In this document: positions 38,552 through 49,292 of the stretch, one piece after another | Numbering within the stretch: the stretch's first letter is position 1 | How the letters are laid out: the number at the start of each line of letters is the position of its first letter | Assembly: GCA_963765495.1 (NCBI GenBank) | Contig: CAVXWP010000009.1 | Location: 448,001 to 512,000, forward strand | DNA length: 64,000 nt | From: Blastocatellia bacterium | GTDB taxonomy: Bacteria > Acidobacteriota > Blastocatellia > UBA7656 | Reading direction: 5' to 3' | Position numbers and translations under genes: made by a program | Notes under the pieces: model-generated | Database searches by the model: none | Told to the model about the DNA's origin: nothing | The model's input: the letters and a program-made list of their open reading frames with translations, nothing else

Positions 38552-41143
38552 TCATTCCAGATTCTTTTCAAACAATTTGTAGATGCGTTTGTATTCGTCG
38601 GCCCAGCTTGTCGGCTCGATGAAGCCATGATCTTCCACCGGGTAGACGGCCAGTTCCCAGTTCTCCTTGCGAAGCTCGATCAACCTCTGCGCGAGGCGCA
38701 CGCTGTCCTGGAAATGAACGTTTGTGTCTACCATGCCGTGACAGATCAGAAGCGCCCCCTTCAACCCTTCGGCAAAATATATCGGCGAGGATTGTTTGTA
38801 GGCTTCGGGGTCTTCCTGCGGCTCATTGAGTATATTTGTCGTGTATGGGTGATTATAGTGCGCCCAATCGGTAACGGGTCTGAGCGCCGCACCTGCGGCA
38901 AAGACATCGGGGGTCGTAAACATCGCCATCAGGGTAATGAATCCGCCGTAGCTGCCGCCATAGATTCCTATCCGTTTCGAATCGACACCGTACTCGCTCA
39001 CAAGCCATCGAGCCGCGTCTACCTGGTCGTCCAGGTCTTTGCCGCCCATGTGACGATAGATGCCCGTTCGCCAGTCGCGCCCGTACCCGGCAGATGCCCG
39101 GTAATCGGCATCCAGCACAAGATAGCCATGCTCCATCAGGTAATGATGAAACATATATTCGCGCGAGTAGCTTGACCACCAGCGATGGACGTTTTGCAGA
39201 TAGCCCGCGCCGTGCACGAAGATCACGGCCGGGCCTCCGCGTTTGAAATTCTTTGGCTTGTAGAGGCGGGCATAAACCGTGGCCCCGTCGCGCGCGGCGA
39301 ATGTAACTATGGGAGGGTCTATCCAATCATAGTTCCAGAAATCGGGCGCGGGTGATGAGGTCACTTTTATGCGGTCGGCCCCCGGGCGGTTATCCTGAAT
39401 AAAGAGTTCGGGCGGGCGGTTGCTGTATGAATAAATGACCGCAAGGCTGTGTTCGTCGGGCGAGACAAATGCGCGGTTGTTGCCGGGATTGGATGTGATT
39501 TTTACGGGCGTGCCGCCTTCGGCGGGCATCACGTAAAAGTGTCGCTCGCCGGGCGAGACTTCGCTCGTTGTGAGAAAGAATTTTGTCTTGTCATCCGACA
39601 GATCCGCGTCTGTGACCTCCCACCTGCCCGATGTGAGCGGTTGGGAATCGCCTCCGTCAAAGGCTACGGTGTAGAGGTGCGAATAGCCCGTGCGTTCGGA
39701 TTGAAAATATATATGGCGGTCGTCTTTCATCCATCCGAGGGTGAACGAACCGGGGCCGTCTATCCACGCGTCGTCGTGATCGCTTGCGATGACGCGAGTC
39801 TTGCCCGTTTCAGGGTCGAGCGCGAGTATCCAGCGGTCCTTGTTGTCGGCAGAGCGTGCAAGTAAGACCGCTTTCGTTCCATCTTCGGACCAGAGAGGTC
39901 GGAACAATCTCACATCACGCTCGCGCTGCTCGGCCTTGCGCGCCGCCTGATTCGTCTCTTCCTCGCTCTGTTTTTCCTCGGCCTGACTGGTTGTTTGACT
40001 CTGAGTCTGTTCACCCTCGTTCCTCTCGACACGCTCGGCAGTAGCCTTCTCGGTCCTGGCCAGCGTACGGGGAGCAACCTCTTTCTGGCCGTGATCCACC
40101 CATTTGACTTCGCCCGTCTGAACGCTGATGATCGCAAGGCGGCTGCGCGATTGTCTTTCGCCCGCGTTGGTCCGGCCCGGAATCTCTTCGGTGTAGGCCG
40201 ACTCTGTAACGTAATTTGGGACCTCGGTATTTTTCGCGCCTTCGGGCCGTTCGATCACAGTTGCGATGACGCGATTCTGACCGGGCGCGAGTTGCAGGCT
40301 GACGACCTGCTGACGCGACTGGAGTTGAAAGGGCTTGCGCGGGTTTTCGAGTTTGCGCTTCTCTTCGTCCTGCTCGCGTTTTTCGGCTCGGCGTTTGACC
40401 GCATCAATCAGTTCGCGCTCTTCCTTCTTAAGGTATTCCTGACTCTCGGTGCCGCGCTTTTCTTTAGAGCCGCCCGCTTCCTGTTGAGCGGGCGAACCCG
40501 CCGCGCGAATGTCGGTCATCTGAACGAGCGACCCCGTATCGAGCGACATCACAAAAAGATTATTCGAACGAGTGAAATAGATATGGCGCTGGTCAGAGGT
40601 GAAATGCGCGTCGGATTCCACATCAGTCGTATCGGTGATCTGCCGTCGCTGCATAGCCTGATTGTCATAGACGAATACGTCTCCATCATCAACATAGACA
40701 GTCAGTCTCTTATCCCGCGACGGCTCGCCCGAGTTTGGAGGCGCATTTCTGGCCTCTTCCCGGGTGAGCTTTTTCAGATTCGTTCCGTCGCGGTTCACGA
40801 CATATGTGTCGAAATCCGCGCTCCTCGGATCGCCCGCCTGCTTCCATTCGAAATAGATGCGACTGCTATCGGGCGACCAGCGAACGGCGCGTGGTTCATA
40901 ACCCACGAGTTCCGGCCCTCGCATTATATTGTCGATGGTCAGATCGAATTGCTTGCCGGAAGAGTCCGCGCCCTTTTGCGCAGCTGTCTCCTTTTGCGCA
41001 GCTGCCTCCTTTTGCGCAGTTGCCGTCTTTTTCGCGGCTGTCGCTTTTTGCGCGGCAAAGGCTGTCGGGATTTGTCCCACTGCCAAAACGGCAATAAATA
41101 GAAGCAGGACCGGGTGTCTGGTTGAAGACGTGCGATCTTTCAT
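38552..41143 (-). CDS. S9-family prolyl oligopeptidase / DPP-IV-like exported peptidase
   Basis: Signal peptide; beta-propeller; GGSYGG, DTNVH, EDHGF. Confidence 0.94.
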   Translation of the reverse strand: MKDRTSSTRHPVLLLFIAVLAVGQIPTAFAAQKATAAKKTATAQKEAAAQKETAAQKGADSSGKQFDLTIDNIMRGPELVGYEPRAVRWSPDSSRIYFEWKQAGDPRSADFDTYVVNRDGTNLKKLTREEARNAPPNSGEPSRDKRLTVYVDDGDVFVYDNQAMQRRQITDTTDVESDAHFTSDQRHIYFTRSNNLFVMSLDTGSLVQMTDIRAAGSPAQQEAGGSKEKRGTESQEYLKKEERELIDAVKRRAEKREQDEEKRKLENPRKPFQLQSRQQVVSLQLAPGQNRVIATVIERPEGAKNTEVPNYVTESAYTEEIPGRTNAGERQSRSRLAIISVQTGEVKWVDHGQKEVAPRTLARTEKATAERVERNEGEQTQSQTTSQAEEKQSEEETNQAARKAEQRERDVRLFRPLWSEDGTKAVLLARSADNKDRWILALDPETGKTRVIASDHDDAWIDGPGSFTLGWMKDDRHIYFQSERTGYSHLYTVAFDGGDSQPLTSGRWEVTDADLSDDKTKFFLTTSEVSPGERHFYVMPAEGGTPVKITSNPGNNRAFVSPDEHSLAVIYSYSNRPPELFIQDNRPGADRIKVTSSPAPDFWNYDWIDPPIVTFAARDGATVYARLYKPKNFKRGGPAVIFVHGAGYLQNVHRWWSSYSREYMFHHYLMEHGYLVLDADYRASAGYGRDWRTGIYRHMGGKDLDDQVDAARWLVSEYGVDSKRIGIYGGSYGGFITLMAMFTTPDVFAAGAALRPVTDWAHYNHPYTTNILNEPQEDPEAYKQSSPIYFAEGLKGALLICHGMVDTNVHFQDSVRLAQRLIELRKENWELAVYPVEDHGFIEPTSWADEYKRIYKLFEKNLE
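40972..41056. repeat. 18-bp coding tandem repeat (about 4.7 units)
   Basis: CCTTTTGCGCAGCTG.. units encoding AQKxxA after the signal peptide. Confidence 0.8.
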
Positions 41144-41178
41144 CGATCCTCCGAATTGGGTTGTCGGATAAAAAGATA

Positions 41179-41228
41179 AACGCCGAATGACAGGTACGGT
41201 ATAATATCCGTTTTTATCATTCGGCGTT
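41179..41228. other. Intergenic hairpin
   Basis: AACGCCGAATGA / TCATTCGGCGTT 12-bp inverted repeat between transporter and peptidase. Confidence 0.6.
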
Positions 41229-41263
41229 CACGGGTCAATTCATGCAAATAAGAGTTCTTGAGG

Positions 41264-42670
41264 TCAAACCCCCGGCATAGCCTTCTTGAGCGGTTTCAAT
41301 AAGAAGAACAAGACCACTGCCATAAAGAGCGCGCAAAGACCGAGAATGGCGAAGAAGCTCGAATGCAGCCATCGGTCCCAGTATATGCCGATCATAGTGA
41401 GCTTGTTGCCGAGGGCAGTTGCTACGAACCAGCCTCCCATCAGCAGGCCGCGCATACGCAGAGGGGCTACTTTTGAAACCAGCGAAAGCCCCATCGGAGA
41501 CAGCATCAACTCTCCGAGAGTCACAACTGCGTATGAGGCAATAAGCCAGACAGGCGACACTTTGAAAGCATAAGGATCGGCCCCGGTAACGCTTGCCTCG
41601 CCAATCTTCGCAGCGAAATAGAGAATAAAGAAACTCAATCCCGTAAGCGTCATGCCCATGGCCATCTTGGTAGGAGTTGAGGGTTCAAGCCCTCGCTTGT
41701 CGAGCCATTTCCAGAACCACACCAATGGAAAAGTGAGAGTGACGACCCAGAAGGGATTGATCGCATTTGAGATAGTGCCCGACACACTCCATTCCGTGTT
41801 CTTATCGGCCCAATAAGTCAGCGTCGATCCGTTCTGGTGAAATACCATCCAGAAAACGATGACGATCAAAAATATCACACAAAGCGCGGCGATGCGTTTC
41901 CACTCGGGTACGGTCTCCATGAGGTTTTGCCGCGCCAGGGCTTCCTCCTGATGACGGCTTACGCCTTTTGGCGGCGCGTCGACGGCCACCGCAGCTTCGT
42001 CGGTTATTTGACCAGCAGGTTGCTGGTTGAGCGGCTTTTCGGTCGTATCTTCGACATACTTCTTAAATTTCCAGAGAATACCGACCGAAATCAACATTCC
42101 GAACGCGGCCACGGCGAATGCAGGATGGTTGCCCCACTTCTGCTTGATTATCTCCATTATGATGGGGGCAATAAACGCGCCTATGTTGATGCCCATGTAA
42201 AATATGTTGTAAGCGCGATCTTTCAGGTGGCTTCCTTCCGAATATAGATTGCCGACCATTGTGGAGACATTTGGCTTGAAGAGACCGTTTCCGATGACCA
42301 GGCAAGTCAAAGCCGCGTAAACTGCCGTCAGCGACCGGAAAGATAGCAAGAGATGCCCCGCCATAAAGAAAACTCCGCCTATCATCACAGCCCGGCGATA
42401 GCCCAGTTTTTTATCGGCCAGCCAGCCGCCTACCAGAGGGCTCGCGTAAACAAACATCAGGTAATTGGCATACAGGGCCGTTGCCTGTTCGGAAGTCCAT
42501 CCAAATCCCTCGCGGGGATCTTGCAGGTAGAGCGTAAATAGCGCCAGCATGGAATAAAAGCTGAAGCGCTCCCACATCTCTGTGGCGAAAAGGACGTAAA
42601 GCCCCTTGGGATGCTTTTGCTCTATCTGACTTCCAGAAACGACGTTTTTATCAACGGTTTTAGCTCCCAT
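41264..42670 (-). CDS. POT/PTR-family proton-dependent oligopeptide transporter
   Basis: EMWERFSFY, GNGLFKPN, FYMGINIG, GELMLSPMGLS. Confidence 0.96.
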   Translation of the reverse strand: MGAKTVDKNVVSGSQIEQKHPKGLYVLFATEMWERFSFYSMLALFTLYLQDPREGFGWTSEQATALYANYLMFVYASPLVGGWLADKKLGYRRAVMIGGVFFMAGHLLLSFRSLTAVYAALTCLVIGNGLFKPNVSTMVGNLYSEGSHLKDRAYNIFYMGINIGAFIAPIIMEIIKQKWGNHPAFAVAAFGMLISVGILWKFKKYVEDTTEKPLNQQPAGQITDEAAVAVDAPPKGVSRHQEEALARQNLMETVPEWKRIAALCVIFLIVIVFWMVFHQNGSTLTYWADKNTEWSVSGTISNAINPFWVVTLTFPLVWFWKWLDKRGLEPSTPTKMAMGMTLTGLSFFILYFAAKIGEASVTGADPYAFKVSPVWLIASYAVVTLGELMLSPMGLSLVSKVAPLRMRGLLMGGWFVATALGNKLTMIGIYWDRWLHSSFFAILGLCALFMAVVLFFLLKPLKKAMPGV

Positions 42671-42928
42671 AATCTTAGCTGGTCCTCAATTTGAATTTAG
42701 CTGCGGAAAGGCGAACTGACTCCACTGGCACGGGTCGCGGCAGACACATCCCTGGAAAAAATTCCTTGCCGCGTAGCTTCTAAAGGCAGTTCGAGAAACT
42801 TGATTGTAACCTCTCAATCGGGCGAGCAGCAACCGATTCAAAGACAATTAGATAAACAACCCGATTGAAGACCGCTTGGCAAGCCTCGCCTCTGAGGATA
42901 GACTGAGCGCATCAGTCTTGATAACACT

Positions 42929-43801
42929 ATGGTTGAGTGGGATACAAACGGAAGACATTTTTATATACGCGAGGTCGAAGGAGAGGCCGAATTTCACGCC
43001 GTTGAAGAGCTTCAAAAAGAGGTGTGGAGCTTTAGCGATCTCGACATAGTACCTATGGCCACGATGATTGCGACACAGTGGGCCGGCGGCATGTTGCTGT
43101 GCGCCTTCGAAGGCGAAACGATGATAGGTTTTGTTTACGGTTTCCCGGCACACGAACACGGGCATCTCTCCATCCATTCGCATATGCTCGCGGTCAAGCC
43201 TGATTATCGCAACCTGCAAGCAGGATTTAAGCTCAAACTAGCCCAGCGCGAGTACGCGATTGAAAAGGGTTTGAGCGAAATCACATGGACGTTCGACCCG
43301 CTTCAGAGCCTGAATGCGCATTTGAACTTTGGCAAGCTCGGCGTCATAGCTCGCCGCTATATAGTGAATTTTTACGGCGAGGCGACATCGAGCCCCTTAC
43401 ACCAGGACTTCGGCACAGACCGGCTCTGGGTGAACTGGCCGATTGCAGACGACCGCGTGCAAAAACGTGTAAGTTACTATGACCGTGGGGTGCAGGCGAA
43501 AAACCTCGACCCTCATATCAAGCCGCATGTAATCGACTCTGCGGTTTTGCTGTTGCGCTCCGAAGACGGGCAACCACACCTCGCTGACCTCAACTCCCCT
43601 CTATCCGGTAATCAATCTCTGATTGAAATCCCCCATCAGATCAATTCCCTCAAACAAACCGACCCTGATGCCGCAATCGAATGGCGTAAAGCGACCCGCG
43701 CTGCTTTTCTCGCAGCGCTCAACGCCGGTTTCTATGTCAAAGATTTCTTTCAGATAAATGAAAAGCCGACCTCACGATGGCTTTACTCCCTGATTCGTTG
43801 A
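42929..43801 (+). CDS. GNAT-family N-acyltransferase
   Basis: HSHMLAV, LKLAQRE, WTFDPLQSLNAHLNF.KLG, TDRL.V.W. Confidence 0.88.
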   Translation: MVEWDTNGRHFYIREVEGEAEFHAVEELQKEVWSFSDLDIVPMATMIATQWAGGMLLCAFEGETMIGFVYGFPAHEHGHLSIHSHMLAVKPDYRNLQAGFKLKLAQREYAIEKGLSEITWTFDPLQSLNAHLNFGKLGVIARRYIVNFYGEATSSPLHQDFGTDRLWVNWPIADDRVQKRVSYYDRGVQAKNLDPHIKPHVIDSAVLLLRSEDGQPHLADLNSPLSGNQSLIEIPHQINSLKQTDPDAAIEWRKATRAAFLAALNAGFYVKDFFQINEKPTSRWLYSLIR

Positions 43802-44233
43802 ATTTTAATCGCCCGGGAACTCATCTCTCACTTCCAAGATTTTCCATTCGGAACCTACAATCGCTTTAACAAAAATTACACTACAGGCTAACATTGAAGT
43901 TAATTTTCTTTTTGGATAATTTATGATATTTATGCACTTACAGACACAAAACGAAACGCATAGGATCTGCGAATGTCCATTTTCGCACATTTATAAAGAT
44001 ATGGGCAAACTGTTTTGTAACGATATTATTTCTAGTCTCTGACAAGTTTACGAAGCGTGGCATTCGCCTTGCGATTATATATACGGTTGCCTGTTTTTGT
44101 GCTTCCGAATGAATCGAAAGGAAGCACTCCAGGCAATAATTGGGAAGATGGCGCACTAAAAGACTACGCTATCTGGATTGAGAAAGCGGCTTATTGGAGC
44201 CAGAAGAGCATTTATTGAACTAGGAGAAAGCGA

Positions 44234-45022
44234 ATGAAAAGCACAGTAGGGATATTCGAATCGCGCTCGGATGCGCAACACGCGGTCGAGCAAATGAGGT
44301 CTATCGGCATAGCTCGGGACAGAATCGATCTTTTGACTCCCCAGGTTACCGAAAAGCAGGTCAGGGCTGTGCCAACTACTGAAACCGAGCAATCAGGAAT
44401 GGGAGCCGTTTTAGGCGGCGTTGTTGGCGGAGCAATAGGCGCGGCAGGAGGTCTAAGCCTGGGGGCGGCGGCAGCCAGCCTGTTTGTGCCGGGCGTTGGT
44501 CCTATCATAGCCACAGGACTTATTGGCGCTGCCTTATTTGGAACAGGTGGCGCAATCGGCGGCGCGGCGGCGGGCGCGGCCCTTGAAGATGATATGGCTA
44601 AAGGATTGCCGAAGGACGAGCTATACCTCTACGAGGATGCGCTCAGACAGGGGCATTCCGTTGTGATAGCGATTGCAGAGGATGAGGAACAGGCTGTGGC
44701 AGCGCGCAAAATCATGGAACAGGCTGGAGCCGAAAGCCTGGACGCGGCGCGCGAGGACTGGTGGCTTGGCCTCAGGGATGTCGAAAACGAGCACTATTCC
44801 GAGCAGGGAGGAGACTTCGCAACCGACGAGCCGCATTATCGTCGCGGATTCGAGGCATCCCTGCACCCGGAAAGGCGCGAGTTACCTTATGATGAGGCAG
44901 TTGGTTATCTGGTTGAGTGCTATGGAGATGAATGTCGAGAGAAAGCCTTTCGCATAGGATATGATCGCGGTCAGGCTTACAACAGGCAACTGAAAGAAAA
45001 GCACGATCAGAAGACTAAGTGA
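44234..45022 (+). CDS. General-stress-like protein with glycine-zipper membrane region
   Basis: TVGIFES..DA..AV, GxxxG repeats, PGVGPI, YEDALRQG. Confidence 0.75.
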   Translation: MKSTVGIFESRSDAQHAVEQMRSIGIARDRIDLLTPQVTEKQVRAVPTTETEQSGMGAVLGGVVGGAIGAAGGLSLGAAAASLFVPGVGPIIATGLIGAALFGTGGAIGGAAAGAALEDDMAKGLPKDELYLYEDALRQGHSVVIAIAEDEEQAVAARKIMEQAGAESLDAAREDWWLGLRDVENEHYSEQGGDFATDEPHYRRGFEASLHPERRELPYDEAVGYLVECYGDECREKAFRIGYDRGQAYNRQLKEKHDQKTK

Positions 45023-45252
45023 AACAATCGCGCGCGAAACGCGAGTCAGCGCCGCTCTATGCCGATGAAGGCAAAGAATTAGAGACCGGCTGGGATGTCG
45101 CTTTATTGCGGTTTTCATCGGTGTAGACGGCATTGATTCGTCTTTGAATATGATCTTGCATTAATGTGCTCGGATTCTTCACTTTGACTGCAACCCGGTG
45201 CGCGCAATAAAATATCTTCCTGGAAATCGCTTGCCTCGGCGATGTTTAATTA

Positions 45253-46476
45253 ATGCGAATTTCTATTTTCATATTCATAACCTTCATGTTTGCGCCGATT
45301 GATATCTGTCTGGCGCAGACAACTACGCCATCTTCACCTCAGTCTGCGCAGGAAACCGCAAGCGCAAAACCCGCACAAAGCGGCATACAAAGGGAAGCTA
45401 CCCCTGCCGAAGCCGGCGCAACATCCAGTTCACCAATGGCGCTTCCATTCAAGAACTCATGGCACTATCTGACCGACAATGCGTCTATGCTTAAACCCAC
45501 ACTCGATGGTTCGAGCATATACCTTCCTCTCGCGGAGGGGCGCGTCATATGCCTTGATCGAAAATCGGGAGCGATGCTTTGGTCCAGCGAGCCTGGAGGA
45601 GAGATCTCTGCGCCGGTTGTTGCGGGTGAAAAGGTAATCTATGTAGCTACGAGCAAGACGGCTGAGGACGGGTCGGAAGCGGGCGCATCGTTGCGAGCTC
45701 TGGATAAGACAACCGGCCTGACCGTCTGGGCGCGCGATTATTCAAGACCCTACACATCGCCGCTTGAGATTGGCGCTGACAGGATTTATGCGGGTAGCGC
45801 GGACGGAGCCTTTTATGCTCTGAGCGCAGAAACCGGAGAGATAATCTGGAAAGTAGAGACACAGGATGTGGTGCGCGGGCGGGCGCTATTGACCGAGGGG
45901 GCTATCTATTTTGGCAGTGATGACGGGGCATTGCGCGGCGTGGATGCGAAAAGCGGGCGCGAGATATGGAAGTTTCAGACGGGAGGCAAGATCAGGGGAC
46001 GCCCTGCAATCGGCGAGAACGAAATATATTTCGGGTCAGGCGACGGCTATCTGTACGCGGTCGACCTGAATACTCGAAAGCTGCGATGGCGTTCGCGTAC
46101 AGGAGCAGCGATAGAGGCTTCGCCCGTGCTGACGGGCGACCGCGTGCTTGTGGCTTCGTTTGATAATTTCATTTACGCGCTCGCGCTATCGAGCGGGGAT
46201 CGAATATGGAAACGCAGACTCGATAATCGCATCACGGCCGACCCGATAGTCGAGGGCGATGCTACAATGATCGCTCCCTTGCGTGGAAATCATGTGGCCG
46301 TCTTTCTCACCTCCGACGGGCGGCGTGTGAATTATTATAAGCTGGATCGCGGGGCGGAAATCGTAGCCGATCCCATCTTTTCCGATGATACGCTTGTGCT
46401 TGCCACTGATAAGGGAATCGTTGTCGCAGTCTCTACTCAGCCCACTCAAAGCCCCGCAAACTCGATTGATAAATGA
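45253..46476 (+). CDS. Exported PQQ-like beta-propeller protein (BamB-like)
   Basis: Repeated GS.DG..YA.D..TG...W motifs; signal peptide. Confidence 0.88.
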   Translation: MRISIFIFITFMFAPIDICLAQTTTPSSPQSAQETASAKPAQSGIQREATPAEAGATSSSPMALPFKNSWHYLTDNASMLKPTLDGSSIYLPLAEGRVICLDRKSGAMLWSSEPGGEISAPVVAGEKVIYVATSKTAEDGSEAGASLRALDKTTGLTVWARDYSRPYTSPLEIGADRIYAGSADGAFYALSAETGEIIWKVETQDVVRGRALLTEGAIYFGSDDGALRGVDAKSGREIWKFQTGGKIRGRPAIGENEIYFGSGDGYLYAVDLNTRKLRWRSRTGAAIEASPVLTGDRVLVASFDNFIYALALSSGDRIWKRRLDNRITADPIVEGDATMIAPLRGNHVAVFLTSDGRRVNYYKLDRGAEIVADPIFSDDTLVLATDKGIVVAVSTQPTQSPANSIDK

Positions 46477-46961
46477 GAAGCGGGTTGCGCTGAAGGCAAA
46501 GCCGCCGCAGCGTAGAAGACACACTCCTGCCGTGTTTTTACAATCTTCCTTTGACGCTGCGGCGACGGTATCGGAACAAGCGGGGGGCTTTGTCCGATAG
46601 GGGCGGGGGGCAATACGGGGGGGGGGGCGAATTCAGTTAAAACTTGTATAGAATAAGGTTCAATTCACAGAGACTTATCAAATTCATTCTTAACGATCTT
46701 TACTATAACAATTGCCGTTCCATAACCAGGCTTGAACCTGTCAAAGTCAGTTCGGCCTTTACTGACAGCTTTTATCATTGCCATTCTGATGGAAAACGGT
46801 TTCAAGCGAAAGCGATTTCAATCACATTGAAAGAATTGTTGCGCCTGAAAAATGTTAGATTGACCGAATGTCGGCTTAACCGCGATCCGTTGTAGCTGGT
46901 AAGTCACTCTCTACCAATATCTCGTAGTAGTAAGAATCTGCGCTCATCTCTCCGGCTTTCA

Positions 46962-48188
46962 CTATTTGGCAGCAGCGCCTCTCACTATTTGGCACAATCG
47001 CTCAACACCTTCGATGATTTTTTCGGGCGATTCTTTTGAGAACGCCAGGCGCAGGGTGTTGGCTCCGCTCTCGTCAACGAAGAAGGGCTGGCCCGGCACA
47101 TATGCCACTCCGTGCTCGATAGCAGAAGGCAGCAGCCGGGTCGCATCCAGCCTTCCGGTCAATTTCATCAAGATGAAGAAACCTCCGAGAGGTTGGGTCC
47201 ATTTTGAATCTGTGGGGGCAAAGCGTTCGAGTGCGCCAAGCATAGCTCGGCAACGCGTCTGGTAAAATGCTCGCAACTCGGGCAATCGTCGTTCGACCAA
47301 TCCCGAACGCAGGGCTTCGATGACTATAGCCTGATCAAGCACACTCGAAGAAAGGTCGGCCCCTTCTTTGGCGAGTTCGACCTTGTCGGCAATTGGTTTT
47401 GGTGCTCGCAACCACGCGGTACGAAGGCCGGGAGCCAGCACTTTTGAAAAGCTGCTAAGGTAGACGACGCGCGATGGTCGCAGGGCGGCAAGCGGCTTGA
47501 AACGGTCAGCCTCCGGGGTAAAATAGAGCTCAAAGTAAGGATCATCTTCTATAATGAGAAGGTCATACTCGTCTGCTACTTCGATCAATTGCGCGCGTCG
47601 ATCTGAGGTGAGGGTCACGCCCGAGGGGTTTTGAAAATTCGGGATCGTATAGATGCACTTTATCCTGCGTCCGGCGGCGCGCAAGCGATCAATCTGCTCT
47701 TTGAGATCGCTTATGATTATCCCGCTTTCATCCTGGCGCACGCCTACGAGTTCAGCCTGTGCATTATGAAGAGCTACCGTCCCGCCTATGTAACTGGGAA
47801 GCTCTACAAGCGCCACATCGCCGGGATCAATGAGTACGCGAGAGATCAGGTCCAGCCCCTGCTGCGAGCCCGTAGTCATTACAACCTCTTCCGTGGTTAC
47901 TCCCTCAATCCCCCGCTCAAGCATAGTCTTTACGACCGCTTCGACCAGCTTGCTTTGTCCTCGCGTAGGCCCGTACTGAAGGGCGAACCTTCCGCGCTCG
48001 CTTATGACACGCGATGCAATTTCGGCCAGTTCTTCAACGGGAAAAGTCTCGGCGCTTGGCGCACCGGCCGCGAGCGAAATCACATCGCTACGGCCAAGCA
48101 ATTGAGTCAGCTTTCTGATGGCATTCGGACGCATGGTTCGTCCAGTGGTCGAGAATAGATTTTCGTATCCCGGTTCGGTTTCAATCAT
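46962..48188 (-). CDS. PLP-dependent class I aminotransferase (LysN/2-aminoadipate transaminase-like)
   Basis: TTGSQQGLDL, IPNFQNPSG, EDDPY, SFSKVLAPGLR. Confidence 0.93.
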   Translation of the reverse strand: MIETEPGYENLFSTTGRTMRPNAIRKLTQLLGRSDVISLAAGAPSAETFPVEELAEIASRVISERGRFALQYGPTRGQSKLVEAVVKTMLERGIEGVTTEEVVMTTGSQQGLDLISRVLIDPGDVALVELPSYIGGTVALHNAQAELVGVRQDESGIIISDLKEQIDRLRAAGRRIKCIYTIPNFQNPSGVTLTSDRRAQLIEVADEYDLLIIEDDPYFELYFTPEADRFKPLAALRPSRVVYLSSFSKVLAPGLRTAWLRAPKPIADKVELAKEGADLSSSVLDQAIVIEALRSGLVERRLPELRAFYQTRCRAMLGALERFAPTDSKWTQPLGGFFILMKLTGRLDATRLLPSAIEHGVAYVPGQPFFVDESGANTLRLAFSKESPEKIIEGVERLCQIVRGAAAK

Positions 48189-48202
48189 AAGGAGGCCGCC
48201 AT

Positions 48203-48760
48203 TTATTTTTTATCCGAAGCAGTTGTAAATACCAGTTCCACATCAAGTTTAGGTTGAACCGGATCATTCGATTTAATAGTCACTTTCTTGGTGTGTTCTC
48301 CGGGAGCGATGCCCGTGTTGACCTTGACTTTGATTGTGCCCGCCTTACCAGGCGGGAGGACTTTCGGGAAGTCCACGGTGGTGCATCCTCAGCTAGGTTC
48401 GACGGCTTCTATCTTGAGTTTCTTAGTGCCGTTATTTTTCACCACGAACGTACGCGTAAGCTCCTTATTCTGCGGCTGTTTGCCAAATTCGAGCCGTTTG
48501 ACCGGGACTACCAGTTTAGGGCCATCTTTCTCGCCGGCCCCGGTCGATGTCGCAGCCTCCGGCTGAACTTCGGGCGCTGCCGCTTCGGATGAGCCTGTAT
48601 CTGATGTGGCCTGCGGCGTGCCGTTTTCCGTCACTATAGGCTGTGACGGCCCGGCATTGGTATTAGCCGTATCCGAGCCTTCGGGTGGTTTACTGCACGC
48701 AGCAGCCAGGGCTGCCGCCAAGATTAGCATCAGGTAAAAAGGTCTAATTCGTTTTATCAT
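48203..48760 (-). CDS. DUF1573-domain lipoprotein with in-frame UGA, putative selenoprotein (185 aa)
   Basis: Lipobox AAAC; F..KN.G...L.I..V.PS-[TGA 48391-48389]-GCTT...LPPGK.G.I.V...SNDP; frame continues 61 codons to TAA. Confidence 0.85.
48339..48374 (-). promoter_or_regulatory. Candidate bacterial SECIS hairpins
   Basis: GGACUU-CCCGA-AAGUCC, then CCCGCCU-GGUA-AGGCGGG, just 3' of the UGA. Confidence 0.5.
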
Positions 48761-48806
48761 CGCAGGAATAATTTAGCATGGAATAGCCGCGCAATAGAAC
48801 GGCGAA

Positions 48807-49184
48807 TCACTCGCTTTCAGAAAGCGTGACGACGGTGGCACCCCAGCCCCCTGCATCCACAGGCGCGTCGCGGAACTCGGCTACATAGGGAGTGCGCGCA
48901 AGAATAGAGCGCACGATTTCACGTTGGACGCCCACGCCCTTGCCATGAATTATTCGCACCCAGCGTATGCGGCGGCGGCGCGCTTCTTCCAGGTAATCTT
49001 CGACAACAGCGCGCACCTGTCGCGGCGGAATCGAGTGCAGATCAATTACGTCACGAAACTCAACGAGCACAGGATCGGGGAAAGGATTGAGCGGATCAAA
49101 CGCCTCGTCATCCTCCAACTCATTTCGCTGCTCGTTTTCGAACCGGTTTCTGCGCAGCGCCCTCAGCAAGCGACCAAAGATCAT
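48807..49184 (-). CDS. Smr/MutS2-domain protein
   Basis: IDLH, VRIIHGKGVG, GGWGATVV. Confidence 0.92.
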   Translation of the reverse strand: MIFGRLLRALRRNRFENEQRNELEDDEAFDPLNPFPDPVLVEFRDVIDLHSIPPRQVRAVVEDYLEEARRRRIRWVRIIHGKGVGVQREIVRSILARTPYVAEFRDAPVDAGGWGATVVTLSESE

Positions 49185-49292
49185 ATTGAGATCATATTTA
49201 TGTTCCTGAAATGATTCAACCGCGCGGTGGTTCCGGGTCGGGGAAGAGATTAGAGAGAGCAGAGAGTATCTGTTCAGAAAGGGAGAAAATTT

